Below, one piece after another: positions 42,490-54,197 of a stretch of 54,197 bases of DNA. Every line of letters begins with the position of its first letter. Position 1 is the stretch's first letter. The notes beneath the pieces are model-generated. The model was given only the letters and a program-made list of their open reading frames with translations. It had not been told where the DNA came from and did not search any database. The position numbers and the translations under genes are program-made. Origin of the DNA: Jimgerdemannia flammicorona (lineage: Eukaryota); the NCBI GenBank assembly GCA_003990765.1, contig RBNJ01000019.1, positions 1 through 54,197 on the forward strand, given 5' to 3'.

Positions 42490-44950
42490 TACTAAGATTT
42501 CAGACATATATATATCCAGATTGTCTCAGTATTCAACATACACCTCTTAGGGGCAACAAGATCCACCCTACCTAAGAATACTCACTTGATAGGAGCACTG
42601 ATGGCAGGAATCATCAGATAGTCTCAAGTCATATCATATAGACTGAGGAAGTCCATTTGATATAGCTGTAGCCATATGCTCTAGTGGGTAGAGCAGTGGT
42701 TAGAATGATAGGTAGAGTAGTAGTTAGAATGATAGTTAGGTTGGTAGATTAAATTGGCTCAATGCAACCAACTACCTGCCTGACAACCTACCTTCCACCA
42801 GTTGAGTACTTCTATACTCTCTAGCAGGATTACACAGTTACTAGTGAGATAAATAGTGAGTTCATTTATTGATAGTAGCTCTTTTACTGATAGCTCTCTC
42901 TTCCTCTTTCTGCTGAAGTAAATATAGGACAGGAGAAATCTCTTAGCATATTCATCCAGACTTTGACCAGAACCTTATAGTGGCATGTAGTTTTTCTGGT
43001 ATATTTCAATTATGGCCTACTTATTTCCCTTGATGAACTGCTACTCTTAGCCCTAATCTTTATAGTATTGTAGCTTTAAGTATAGGTCTAGCACTATTCA
43101 GAGAAAGAAGAGGAGCAATAGCCACATACCAATATATCTGTACTAATTGAGTATATGGCAGTATCTGTTTTATAGTAGTATTTTCTGAGCTTGCTTAGAG
43201 CAACCTTTATGGTATCTCTCTGATTTGGACTTAACTATAAATCACTGCAATTCTTTAGTCTATCCTCAAGCTTATCCTTTAGCTAGTCAATCAGAAGGTT
43301 GTATACTGATATTGCAGAGCTTATTATTGGAGTCATTTGTTTGACTATATCCTTTGTATAATTATTGAAATACTGGCAGTTATGTGTAGTGAGGTATTAT
43401 ATTATATAGAGGCAGACAAAATAAGTGTGGGGTCAAAGCAATCACTACTTACTTTTAAAACTCTAACAACATTCCTAAGTATATCCTACTCACTTTCACC
43501 TAGAGCCTCACTCTGCATTTCTTTGTCAGCAGCAACTATTGAATCTATTGGCTTTTTGTTTTGTTTTTTTTTTTTTAAAAAAAAAAAAATCTTTAATCAT
43601 CTGAAACAAGTTGCTTCAGCTGACTAAAGAAAAGGATATATACTATAGCAAACTCCAGCATATACTGGATCATTATAAATGTTGAGTTCCAATACATACA
43701 GATATCCAATATAAGCTCTTTCAGAGCTTAGTGAATTTATCTTATCATTGTGAAGATGATTAGACCAATACAACTAGTTTGCATAGCTTGGAAACTATAC
43801 TCAGAACCTCTTCTCTCTTGGATGTTTTGTCTATATGTGTAAGATAGTCCTGAACAGTGAGGTTCAGTATATGGGCCTAGTATTGTATATATTAGCTTTC
43901 TGCACTGAAGGCTACATTTTCCTATTTGAGACTAGCTACTAAAACTTGAAAAAATGTTGAGTTATTTGTGGTATTGTCCATCATAATGACCAAAATCTAT
44001 ACTTAAATTATTTGGTCAACAAATTTATATAAAAATAAATAACTAATAAAATCTATTTTATTTTAGAATTTCTCTCAAAATGCCAACCTGATGGCAAGTC
44101 TCTCTTTTTTACCTTAGTTGTAATCCTAAGCTCCTGAATATAACTAATAAAAGCATCTGTAATATTATCTCCAGAATGAGGGCCAACAAGTTTGACAAAG
44201 TCAAGAGTGAGAGATTTAAGCTACCAATTGAGGTCAATTTAATAACCAGTAATACCCAGAAATGAAATTACATTGTGAGATATCTAAGTATTGATTGTAA
44301 ATAAAATTTTACCTGCCAAATTCTGCTTATTGAATATGAGATTAAATTGGTGAGGTCTTTATAAATATATATATATAATTTAGCTTGCAAAGGTCATAGT
44401 GCTGCCCTTATTTATTTATTTTACCTGAAGTATCTGGCAGAGATTATTATACTCCTTCCTATAGGCCTCTAGGACATTTTTGCAAATAGTATCAGTACTT
44501 GGCAAATATAAATCATACTTAAGGAGACCAAAGATACTATGTAATTGATCACTCTCAATGATTGTGAATAGCTGGTCTATATATACAATCTAGCAAATGA
44601 GCTGATTTCAAAATTCTGCTAAAGAGTATGATTAAATATTTTTGATTAAATAGAGTTGTTGGTATAGAAATAGTCAGGCAATTGGATAAATGTACCCACT
44701 ATAGCTTGGATATTGATTTTATTTATCTTTATGTTCTTTTTGATTTTGTTAGAGTACTTGTATTTTATATATATGTCAATATATGTTCAAAGTCAAACTA
44801 CCAAGCATTTTGAACTTCTGGCTATGCAGTTTATGAGGATGGATGAAACAGTATCATGTGTGTGTCAAATAAAGTATCAGTTATATTATAGGTATATCTT
44901 TTTTTTTTTTTTTAATTTTTTATCTACAATAGTTATAAATAATATCATCT
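42490..44950 (-). pseudogene. hAT transposase (Ac/Tam3-like), intron-containing, decayed; 5' limit approximate
   Basis: FTI(D)T(W)..FLGITG..IDLNW, LTLDFVKLVGPHSGDNI, MDNTTNN, AHILNLTVQ, LDI..WNSTFIMI, VLD(P), and dimerization domain DYLMIPAISAPI.(R)VF..LVAPKRC.LN.ETI..CLKS. Confidence 0.9.
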
Positions 44951-45149
44951 TCTATCTTAGCACAATATTGTCAGATTTCAGAGCAAGGATTGTATGGAAG
45001 GTGTGGAACTATTGAGAATATTTAACTTAAAGCATCATTGGTACTATAAACTATTGAAGACTAATCTGTTGATATATATTTACATGTATATGCATGTGTA
45101 TTTGCATGTATATATATTGTATATATAGATATATCTAACATATGAGTCA

Positions 45150-45520
45150 TATGAAGGATTTAGATTAGAGAATTCAGATTGGAGGATTCAGATTAGAGGA
45201 TTCAGTTGAAGGATTTAGATAAGGATTTGGATTGAAGAATTTAGATTGAATGATTCAAATTAGAAGATTTAAATTAGAGGATTCAGATTGATTGAGTAAT
45301 TCAGATTGAGTAATTCAGATTGAGTAATTTAGATTGAATAATTCAGATTGAGTGATTTAGATGAGGTGGTTTAGATAGAGTAATTTGGATGAGTAATTTA
45401 GATAGGGCAATTCAGATAGGATAATTCAGATTAATCTGAGTTGATTTAGATAGCTTCAGATTTGAGATTCAGATCAAACCATCATATAATAAATCAAATC
45501 CAAATTTGATTTGAATTGAC
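45150..45520. repeat. hAT subterminal repeat array (GATTCAGATT; 14-bp unit GAGTAATTCAGATT)
   Basis: More than 20 degenerate units just inside the right TIR; a shorter counterpart lies at 39085-39205. Confidence 0.8.
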
Positions 45521-45543
45521 TTGTTCAGAGCATTACTTACTCA

Positions 45544-47380
45544 TCTTCATTATTTGAAGCTATTGCTGACTCATCCTTGTTATCTCAGGCTATTGTCAGC
45601 TCTTTCTGATCTTTGTCTACCTAAGTTATTATTACTCTATTCTTGTCCACCCAAGTTGTTGTCAGCTCATTATCAGCTTTCTTTATAGATAAGTATAATA
45701 TTCCTGTTTATATCCTCCTTAGTTACTTATATATAAGTATTTTGAAAAGTTTTCTTAAACAAATAAATAGCAAATTACCTAAAGGAGCAGTTATACAAGT
45801 TTCTTGGGCTTAGAAATAGTAGTTTAGTGATAAATATTTAAGATTCTATCACTATTTGTAAGGATCTGAAGTTTTGAAAATCAATTATAAATATGATAAA
45901 GCACTTAGATATATAAACTGAACTATATCTGAGAAGTCTTTTAAGAATTACACATGTAACAATTGTTGTTATAAGATCTGAAGACCTTTCAAAAATACTT
46001 CTTTATAAGCAGATATGCTTGAATCCATCAAAACAACTGAGCCATTATTAATAGTAATACAGATTACCTCAAGTATACCCACTCTTACTATTATTCCTTG
46101 AGTGAAGAATATTGTAGAGACTGTTCATCAATAGGAGGATAGAATAATCAAGTAACTTATAGATCTATACTGCAATATAGCTAATTGAAATATTTTTAAA
46201 AATATAGTTTCTAAATATAAAATAAGGATCAATTTATTTAAAATGAGTAAAAATTGATAGGAATTATTAATAAACTATATATTTTAGTAGAAAAAATGTT
46301 AAATTGTGCTAATTTCTCAAATTCTTTACATTATTCTTAAATTATAGTATCTGTATGAATAATATATTAGTTATTAAAGTAATATAGATCAATTTGTTAT
46401 AGCATGTTCAGATACTGATGCAAATAGACAAAGAATTATATAAAGTATCAAAAAGATGATAGATAAATTAAAAGAATATAACAATCATAATAAGTGAGTA
46501 TAATTGAGTGAAGATTAAATAAATATAATATATATATATATATTACTCTTATCAATATAATTTCAATTTATCTTATAATAGATAAGAATAAATACTGTAA
46601 TTAATATAGCTATCAATGTATGAGTTCAATAAGATGAGGTTAAAGATCATATAGATATACTTAGTAATTTAGCTGAAGAAGAAGCCATTGATAATTTAAA
46701 TTGAAAATTTCTAGCTCTTATTGATATTGCTCAAGGTAATCTTAATAATGATGATTATGAAGAACTCTTTATAGTAGATTATATCTCTCTTATACAAAAG
46801 TAAGAGGTTTATGATATTAGTATAGTTATAGTGAAAAACTATAATTAATAAGTAATTATTTCTAATATATATTGATATATATATATCAGACTTCTTATTT
46901 ATTATTATTATTATATATTTTAGAATCATTAAAGTCTATACTATTTTTCATCAAGAATGTAATCCTAAGTTTAATCTCACCTTTTTAATAAAAGGTACTC
47001 TAGGCTATATTTATATATATATTTATAAAAAATATTATTTTGAGAATTAAAAGAATACTAATAAAAAGGTTATTGAATGTGAAAAAAAATCTATAAGTAT
47101 TTAAATATATGTAATTCATTGATGTGTTCAATAATAAAAAATACTGATATCTTCTTTATATATATAGTATTCTCTTATTATGATAATTTAATCAGTAATT
47201 AGCAAATATTACTATGATTTATATAACTGTGGTAACTAACAATGAAATTTGAGCTATATAGAGAAGAAATATATAAGTAATCTATCATTATCTACCAAAG
47301 TTAGTAGATATATATGGAGTCTATATAAGTATAAGGTACAAGTAGGTAATAGTACTGAATCTGTTCAAGCATTGATAAGT
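45544..47380 (-). other. Extremely AT-rich decayed coding-like remnant that hosts the hAT (continues at ~38652-39073); family not identifiable
   Basis: The sequence joins across the hAT TSD. The minus strand shows acidic repeats and codon-like structure but no recognisable motif. Confidence 0.3.
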
Positions 47381-47559
47381 AATAATATGAACGGACCTTT
47401 CACCAGTAATATTCGGGTGACACAAGACTCAGACAGCACTTTTTATAACATTTTTGGTGTCTGACGACTAACAACATAGATGGCAACGATCAAACTAGTG
47501 AGTGTAGTGGCGGTGCCTTTGGCTGGCAGCAGGTGGAGAGGAGGGGAGATGGTTTGGGG

Positions 47560-49380
47560 ATGCCAGGGGCCTCGATGGCTAGCCGAGGCCCCAGCAGCAG
47601 AGGGAGGGGAGGTCTGAGGCAGAGAGGAGGGGAGAGGTCGACCTTTGCTGACAAGGTCAGATTGGGGAAGATGGCTTCTGGGCTGGATAGTTGGCTGGGC
47701 CTGGAGAAGGCATCAATGGCTACTGCTGGAGGTCAGGGAGGTGCACCCCAGGGTACTTCTGGTAGTAGGGAAGGGGCCAGAGTAGGGGCTGGAGATGTGA
47801 CTGTTGATGGGGCTGTGACTGGGGATCTGGCAAAAAATCCAGATGTGATGGTGATTGGCAATTTGGGACTTGGAGTAGGCACGAGGCCTGGGGACCTGGC
47901 AGATGGGGTGATGGGCATGGTGTCGGCCCTGTTACTCAAGAAGTCAAGGTCCGAATTCATGGTCACAATGTGCTTTCAGGGCTTGGCAGTAATGGCGAGG
48001 ATGATTTTGGGGCTGGTAGTGCAGGAGGCTAAGGGAGCAGCATCGGTGAAGTTCTTGAGGGGAAAGGAAGGGGTTGAGGTGGGGTTTGAGGAGGAAGATG
48101 CCTTGTTGGCAGCCATGGAGAAGGGGGTGATGGTTGGTGGGGTTGTGGTCCCTATGGCCCGGTGTATGTGCTGGGACCCCTGGGTGGTGCAGTTGACAGT
48201 GTTGGACCTTCCTATGGTGTCGAAGGAAAGGACCAGGGAGTTGGTTGTGGAGGTGATCAAGGAGTATGGTGAGATTGTGGATGTTGGGTTCAAGGTCTGG
48301 AAGGGCATGGAGCTTAGAACCAAAGACGTCGATGTCAGAGTGAGACTGGCTGGAAAGGAGAATATGGGGAAGTCGAGGGACTGGCCAGCAGTACTGAGGT
48401 GGGGACCAGTGGAGTGTAAGGTCACTAGGGTGAAGGGGACTCAGGAGGAGGAGGAGGATCTGTTGGAGGCTCTGGAGGACCTGGAAGGGGCAGTTGCAAG
48501 GAGGAGATTAGCCTGGAAGGAGTTTGAGGCCAGGACGGTGGTGGGGGAGGTGGATGGAAAGAGGGTTCGGATGGAGAAGGGAGCCTAGGAGAAGATGCAG
48601 GGGAGGAGGATTCAGAAGGAGTTGTTGGCGAGGTTGGGTGGGGATAGGGCTGGTGGAAGCTCTGGGGAGGGGGCTGCAGGGTTGCAGGAGAGTGCCTGGG
48701 CTGAAGGGGGAGAGATGGCCCAGGGCGGGGCTCAGATTGGAGTTGGGGAGGGGAGGGAGGATATCTTGGAGGTGGATGCTGAAATGGGCGAAGGTGGGTG
48801 CCCTCAGTATAGTGTTCCAAATGGAGCAGGAGGTGAGGAGGAGCTGATGGATGTGCCAGATGAGGAGTGGGATGAGTCAGTGCGGAGGAGTGCACTGGTA
48901 GACCCCAAGGTGGACAGGGGACAAATTGCTCAGGGGGCGGCAGAGGCAGTAGATGAGGAGAAGTGGATGTGGAAGACTCTGGAAGGGGTAGTGGCTAAAG
49001 AGCTGGGGGGTGAGGACTTCAGGGTGATGGAGGAGAGGCATTGGGAGGAGATTCTACATGGGGAAGAGGTGTCAAGGAAGATGAGGAATGAGATCCTGGC
49101 TGTCCTCTTGGAGTCTGTTGAGTATCAGGTTGATGATCAGTGTGAGGAGGAGCTTAGAAGGATTGCAAGTGACAGGGCACTTGTCTTGTGGAACTCGAGG
49201 AAGGGACTAAAGAAGTGGTGCATGGTCTGCTTGGATTATAGGGCAGATATGGAGGAGGTGGACAGGGTAGAGTGTCAGGAAATCTTGGGGGCACTAGATG
49301 CATGGGATATTACAGAGGGTGAATTGGAGGCTGAGCAGCTCTTGGACTTGGCGAGGGATGAGATGAGCATGGAATTATAG
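47560..49380 (+). pseudogene. LINE ORF1 (RRM-like middle, acidic C-terminus) with one in-frame TAG at 48586-48588
   Basis: ORFs 47533-48588 and 48595-49380 are in the same frame. RSTFADKV and VLDLP..VIKEYGEIVDV are ORF1-like, and it lies directly upstream of ORF2. Confidence 0.8.
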
Positions 49381-49411
49381 GTTGAGGTCTCTTCTACAAT
49401 ATCTACTCAAT

Positions 49412-52400
49412 ATGAATAGTATAACTAGGATATTCTCATTGAACGTTAATGGGCTACGGGGGGTGGCTAGGAGGAAGTACATCTTTGGCTGGCTTCAGGG
49501 TCTGGATGCGGACCTCTTCTTGTTGCAGGATGTTCGGTATGATGCCGATGTAGATTTACAGGATTGGACTAAGGAATGGGGGGGTGTGGCAGTTTGGCAG
49601 GGGAAAGTGGGTATTCTTGTCCAGAAAGGGATGGGGGACATTGGGGACATTGGACATTGGGGGTCGCGGGTGGTGTGGGGAGTGTGGAAGAGGCCTGGGT
49701 GGGGCTCGCTGATGGTTGGGTCTTGTTACTGTCTGGCTGAGAGAGGGGAGAGGGTGGATTGGATTTGCAGATTGAAAGAGGCTGGTATATTGGGAGAAGT
49801 TGGGTTTGACTATATGGGGGGGGACTTCAACATGGTGCGGGATAAGGAGCTGGACAGAACTGATGGTGGGAGAGGCATGCGAGGTGAAAGTGGTGGGTTG
49901 GCAGACTGGTTGGAGATGGAAAGGTTGTGTTCTTTAGTGGACTCAGGGAGACATTTTTGGGCTAATCGGCGGATGTATACCCATTGGGCAGCAGGACTGG
50001 GCTCTAGGATTGACTGGGTTCTAACAGCAGAGTGTTGGGGAGCAGATGTCTGGACAGTGCTGAGAGTTGTATGGTATCCATGGTCTGATCACTGGGGGTT
50101 GCTTGGAGGGGGGCAGTTTGGGGGAAATGAGGATGGACTCGGACATTGGTGGCTAAATTCATCCTTACTGGAGGATAGGGCATTGTGGGAGGGTTGGGAA
50201 ACAGAGGTGGTTGGAGATATCGGCAGGTGGCGGGATCAAGGACTGGCAATTGGGGACCACTGGAGAAGGTTGAAGGTGAAGGCTCAGGGGTATTGGAGAG
50301 AGGCGGGGAAAGGAAAGAGTACTCAGCGAAGGCAGCGGGTGATGTGGGCCTCGCGGCGTTTGGTGGCGCTCATGGAGAGATGGGCAGGTGTGCTGGAGGA
50401 TAGGGCCGTGACTGATTGGTGTATTGTGAGAATCCAGCAGGAGGTGGGGGAGCTCAAAGGGGTGCTACGGAGGGAGGAAGAGGAGCAGCTGCAGGGGATG
50501 GTGGCCCGCTTGTGATGGCAGGGGCTTGAGGAAGGGGAGAGACCTACCAGGTTCTTGTCGCGGTTGTTACAAGCATGACGAACGAGGCAGTGGTGGGAGG
50601 GAGTTTTGGATGAGAATGGCAAGCTGGTGGTGAGGACCCTGGCAATTTTGGGCCTATTGTGATCCCAGTGGGGGAACCTTTGGAGTGAGGACAAAGGAGG
50701 ACTAGATGCTCCGGACATTGAAAGGCAGCTGGGGGATTGGCACCCGGACCCTGCCATGGGACTTGTGGAGTTGGGGGACCCAGTGAGCGGTGAGGAGATT
50801 TGTAAGGTGGTGGCCTCTACGAGTAAAGGGACAGCCCTGGGAGAGGATGGACTCCCCTGGGATTTTTGGCAGAAGATGACAGGGGTGCATGAGGTACTGG
50901 AGGAAATGATGGCTATGTGTGATGAAGTTCTTCGGTCTGGTGCTTGGATTGGGGGACAGTGCTTGGGGCTGGTCTCCTTGCTATATAAGAACAAGGGCAG
51001 GAGGGAGGATTGGAAGAACTGGTGGCCGATCATGCTTCTGGACATGGACCGCAAACTGGTGACGAAGATCTTGGTGTTGTGGTTACAAGGGATTGCACAG
51101 CAGGTGATTGGTTTGGAGCAATGTGGGTTTGTCGGTGGTCAGTTGATTCGAGATGGGATGGCCTAGGTTCATGGAGTAATTGAAGGTGCCTGGGCTACCA
51201 GGGTGGATGGCAGATTAGTATTTCTGGACCAGGAGAAGGCTTATGATAGAGTGTGGAGAATATGGCTGGAGAGAGTGCTGAAGCAGATTGGTATCCCCCC
51301 AGGGTTCCGAGGTTCATTGATCAGCCTCTTGGAGGACAGTCAGATGGTATTGGTCATCAATGGCCACTGGGGGGTAACCTTCCCCCTGGGTCGTGGGGTG
51401 CCACAAGGGGACCCCTTGTCACCCATATTGTATGCTCTTTCCCTGGAGCCACTACTGGACAGGATTCAGCATAAGATTGGGGGTTTGGACATTTTAGGGG
51501 TGAACTGAAAGGTGGGGGCCTTCACTGATGATATGGTGGTCGGACTGGGTTCCTTGGGGGATGTTGGCGAATTGCAGAGGACAGTGGAATGGTATGAGCA
51601 GGGTTCTGGTGCCAAACTGAACTGGCACAAATGTGAGATGCTGGTGCTGGGTGCTGGAATTATCGGTGGCGATGTTATTGGAATGGTGGTTCCAGCTGGT
51701 GAACCAGTGCACTACTTGGGAATCTACTTCTCGGTGTTCGGATCTCTTCTTCTCCAGGCATAGTGGGACCGTAAACTGCTGGAGTGGGGCGATGTCTTGA
51801 TGCGATGGGGAGGCTGGCATATGTCCCTTGCCGGAAGGGTGATGGTGTTGAATGTGTACTGGATGCTGAAGCTATGGTATCACCAGGCCCTCAGACATAA
51901 AAGCCGCTTAGTAAAGTCCACTAAGCCCAGTCCACCACTCTCCAAGGGCAGTGTGAGCACCTCCCAACCAACCTGGCTCTGCTGCCCTCCCCAAATCCAT
52001 GACCTCGCCATCTTCAGCAACCTCGTAACCACCCATGGTAGAAAATCCAAATGATATCCAATACTAAGGAGGGTGAGTGAGCTCAGAGGTCGGGAGTGGG
52101 TGCCACTCATGCAGAGGCTGTGGGAGGTTCGATACTCCCCACATGGTAGCTCTGGTGATCTGCTTGCAATGGTGGCCATAGAAGGGAGCCGGAGGATGCG
52201 GTTTACAGGCTTTTGGTGGGGAGCAGTAGATGGTGCTAAGAAAATTGGCCTTCGGTGGTGAGGTGATAAGGCCGAGGAGATTTGGGGACTGCAGATGTGG
52301 AGATGGGACAGGCTCCTATTGGGTGGTGCTCTGGTGGAGGACTTTCAGCTTGGCGAGGATCTGGAGTGCCTGCGAGGCCTAGGTGGAGACCTGTGGCCTG

Positions 52401-53074
52401 AAGCCTGGCAGAGGGTTGGAATCGGGAAAGAGTGGGATTGGAATGGGCTCTGGCTTTGGAGCAAATGGGTGAGGCAGTGGCTGCCCCCTAAGTTCTGGTT
52501 GGCATGGTGGCAGATCCTATGGCAGAATGTGATGCTGAACTATCAGTCTGGTCACTTGGTGGATGGTGGGGTATTCAAGTGTGAGAATTGTTTCAATGTT
52601 GGTCAGGAGGGAGGGGTGGTATAAACACCTGAACATTGGCTTGGAGAGTGTGAGGTTTTGGGGGAGTTTTGGGGATGTATAAGGGACAGGTTAGGGTTGG
52701 GGGCTGGGGGAGGGGAGGGAGGGGGGAGATGGGGAGAGCTTTGCTGGCGACTAGTGGGTGGGGTTGGGGACGAATGGCTGACCCTTGGCTGAGCCTTAGC
52801 TATGTGGGTTGGGTTGGCGGAGCATTGGGTATATGTATTTGAGGATGGGTGTCGGGTTGTGGTTGATGAAAAGGTGGCATAGTGGGAATGGTTGCTGTTG
52901 GACATTTTGAATAGCTGGTGGCGGGGTAGAGGTATGGGTGGGGGGTACCGCAGGGGTTTGGTGCAGTGTATCTCCCAGAAGAGTGGTGGAAGGGTTCAGG
53001 TAGTGGGTGGTCAGGTGGTGCTTGGGCAGGGGGAGGTTGAGGGAGGGGGGTTGGGCCCCCGGGGCATTGGTTGA
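49412..53074 (+). pseudogene. LINE ORF2 (APE endonuclease, reverse transcriptase, C-terminal CCHC); single frame broken only by nonsense codons and one inversion
   Basis: APE: SLNVNGL, GGDFN, SRIDWVL, SDH. RT: GEDGLP, NW(R)PI.LL, QCGFV, LDQEKAYDRV, GVPQGDPLSPILY, FTDD, SGAKLN..K, YLG. CENC..EHWLGEC. All fragments start at positions congruent mod 3. Confidence 0.93.
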
Positions 53075-53138
53075 AGGGGTGGGTGACATTATATTGTTAA
53101 CACTATAGACTTCGGTAATAAAGGGCAGTCCAAGAGAC

Positions 53139-53176
<38 letters not shown>

Positions 53177-53178
<2 letters not shown>

Positions 53179-54160
53179 AGTATCAAGTAATGAAGAAAGT
53201 ACACAAACAAGGATACCTAGGAGGAATCAACACATATGATAAGGTAAGAAGAACTATGTAGTGGCTCAAGATAGAAGAAGACCTGTGCCAATTTGTCAAA
53301 GGATGTGACAAGTACCAAAAACAGAAATAAGATCAGCAAGACTAGGCACCTGGGTTATCAAGAATTGAGCCTATCCTCTTCCACCACATTACAATGGATA
53401 TTATTGGGCCACTACTAGTAATACTATCAGGAAACTACTATATTATAGTTATTATAGACCTCTTTACCAAATAGATAGAAGCAGGAGTATTATAAGAAGC
53501 CAATGTCCTCTCTATAGCTAACTTTCTATATTGAGAAATCATCTGCTGCTATAAGATACTAAAGCAAATCACTACAGACTACAGCATAGAATTTGTCAAT
53601 AGATTCTATGAGATAATATATCTGAAATACAAGATTCAGCACATCAAGACCATCACATACCATCCTCAAGGAAATAGACAGAGAGAATCAACAAGACCCT
53701 CAAGAATATTCTGACAAAGATCTCAGACATATACGAGAATTGGGATAACTTCCTCCCAACTACCCTCTCTGTTTTATGAGATATATGATCACAGAGCACA
53801 CACTTTACCCCAAAAGAACTGCTCTTTGGAGAAGAAGATTCTGATAGAACCTCAGCTACAAATCTGGACCTAACTTAGAGATAAGTTGACTTAGAAATCT
53901 GGAGACTATACCAAATCAGGAAGAAGGCTGAAGATTATATCATCAAGTCACAAGCACTGACAAGAAAGAATACAGAAAAGAATCACAAACCCCTAGAACT
54001 TATCCAAATTAGAGAAAAGGTCCTACTGTATTGAAATATAGTAGAAGCCTCATAGTTATGAAAACTGGAGCCCAAATGGGAAGGACTCTTCTATATACAA
54101 GATATCAAGAGAACTACTTTCTGGCTTAGAAAAATCTCAGAGACTATACTACCTACCACA
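53177..54160 (+). pseudogene. Decayed Ty3/Gypsy integrase of a third family (zinc-binding, core and GPY/F regions)
   Basis: VHKQG(H)LG..CDK(C)QK, ITMDIIGPL..SGN.YIIV.IDLFTK.IEA, EIICCY, ITTD.S.EF.N, TYHPQGN, EKVLLY..KLEPKWEG(P). Confidence 0.88.
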
Positions 54161-54165
54161 ATATA

Positions 54166-54197
<32 letters not shown>

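Larger units (their letters stand above)
39074..45535 (-). mobile_element. hAT-superfamily DNA transposon (6.46 kb, decayed) with transposase plus cargo gene
   Basis: Ends TAGTATTCTAAATAGA (39074) and reverse-complemented TAATGCTCTGAACAAG (45535) differ only by transitions. 8-bp TSD CTTACTTA (39066-39073) / CTTACTCA (45536-45543). GATT-rich subterminal repeats at both ends. Confidence 0.87.
47390..53176 (+). mobile_element. Full-length L1-clade (Tx1-like) LINE; 5' end approximate
   Basis: ORF1 + ORF2 (APE-RT-CCHC), AATAAA 53117-53122, poly(A) 53142-53176, strongly G-rich sense strand. Confidence 0.93.

Noticed and set aside
46200-47380. Organelle-derived insertion suggested by very high AT content
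   Set aside because: No mitochondrial gene, rRNA or tRNA motifs; it is continuous with hypermutated repeat DNA.
48586-48588. Stop-codon readthrough or alternative genetic code in the TE ORFs
   Set aside because: Host genes use the standard code with TAG stops; the in-frame stops are explained by C>T/G>A decay.
47733-53089. Long Pro/Ser/Thr-rich minus-strand ORFs over the LINE
   Set aside because: Antisense shadows of a G-rich coding strand; only 51878-52056 is real coding sequence (the inversion).
54161-54197. (AT)n plus poly(T) at the window end
   Set aside because: May be the tail of another minus-strand retro-insertion, but it is truncated by the window and cannot be supported.

Overview
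Eukaryotic (fungal) DNA. The intron density and gene set suggest an early-diverging, probably Mucoromycota-type fungus (inference). Bases ~1000-13800 form a CpG-normal gene island with four intron-rich genes: NPR2 (-), RSP5 (+), dynactin p27/DCTN6 (+) and EIPR1/TSSC1 (-). The rest is almost CpG-free, transition-mutated transposon DNA that can be largely reconstructed from target-site duplications (TSDs). (i) A 24.5-kb nest (14075-38651): a truncated LINE holds a chromodomain Ty3/Gypsy element with 2-kb LTRs, which in turn holds a second Gypsy family, an internally deleted relative of itself and a short LINE stub. All three Gypsy copies encode a dUTPase between the gag zinc knuckle and the protease. 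(ii) A complete but decayed 6.46-kb hAT transposon (39074-45535, TIRs plus 8-bp TSD). Besides its transposase it carries a convergent cargo gene resembling a TET/JBP-type 2OG-Fe(II) dioxygenase; this is the most promising candidate for an undescribed system. (iii) A full-length, frameshift-free L1/Tx1-like LINE with a clean 179-bp internal inversion. (iv) A Gypsy integrase remnant. All assignments are by eye from motifs; no database searches were run.
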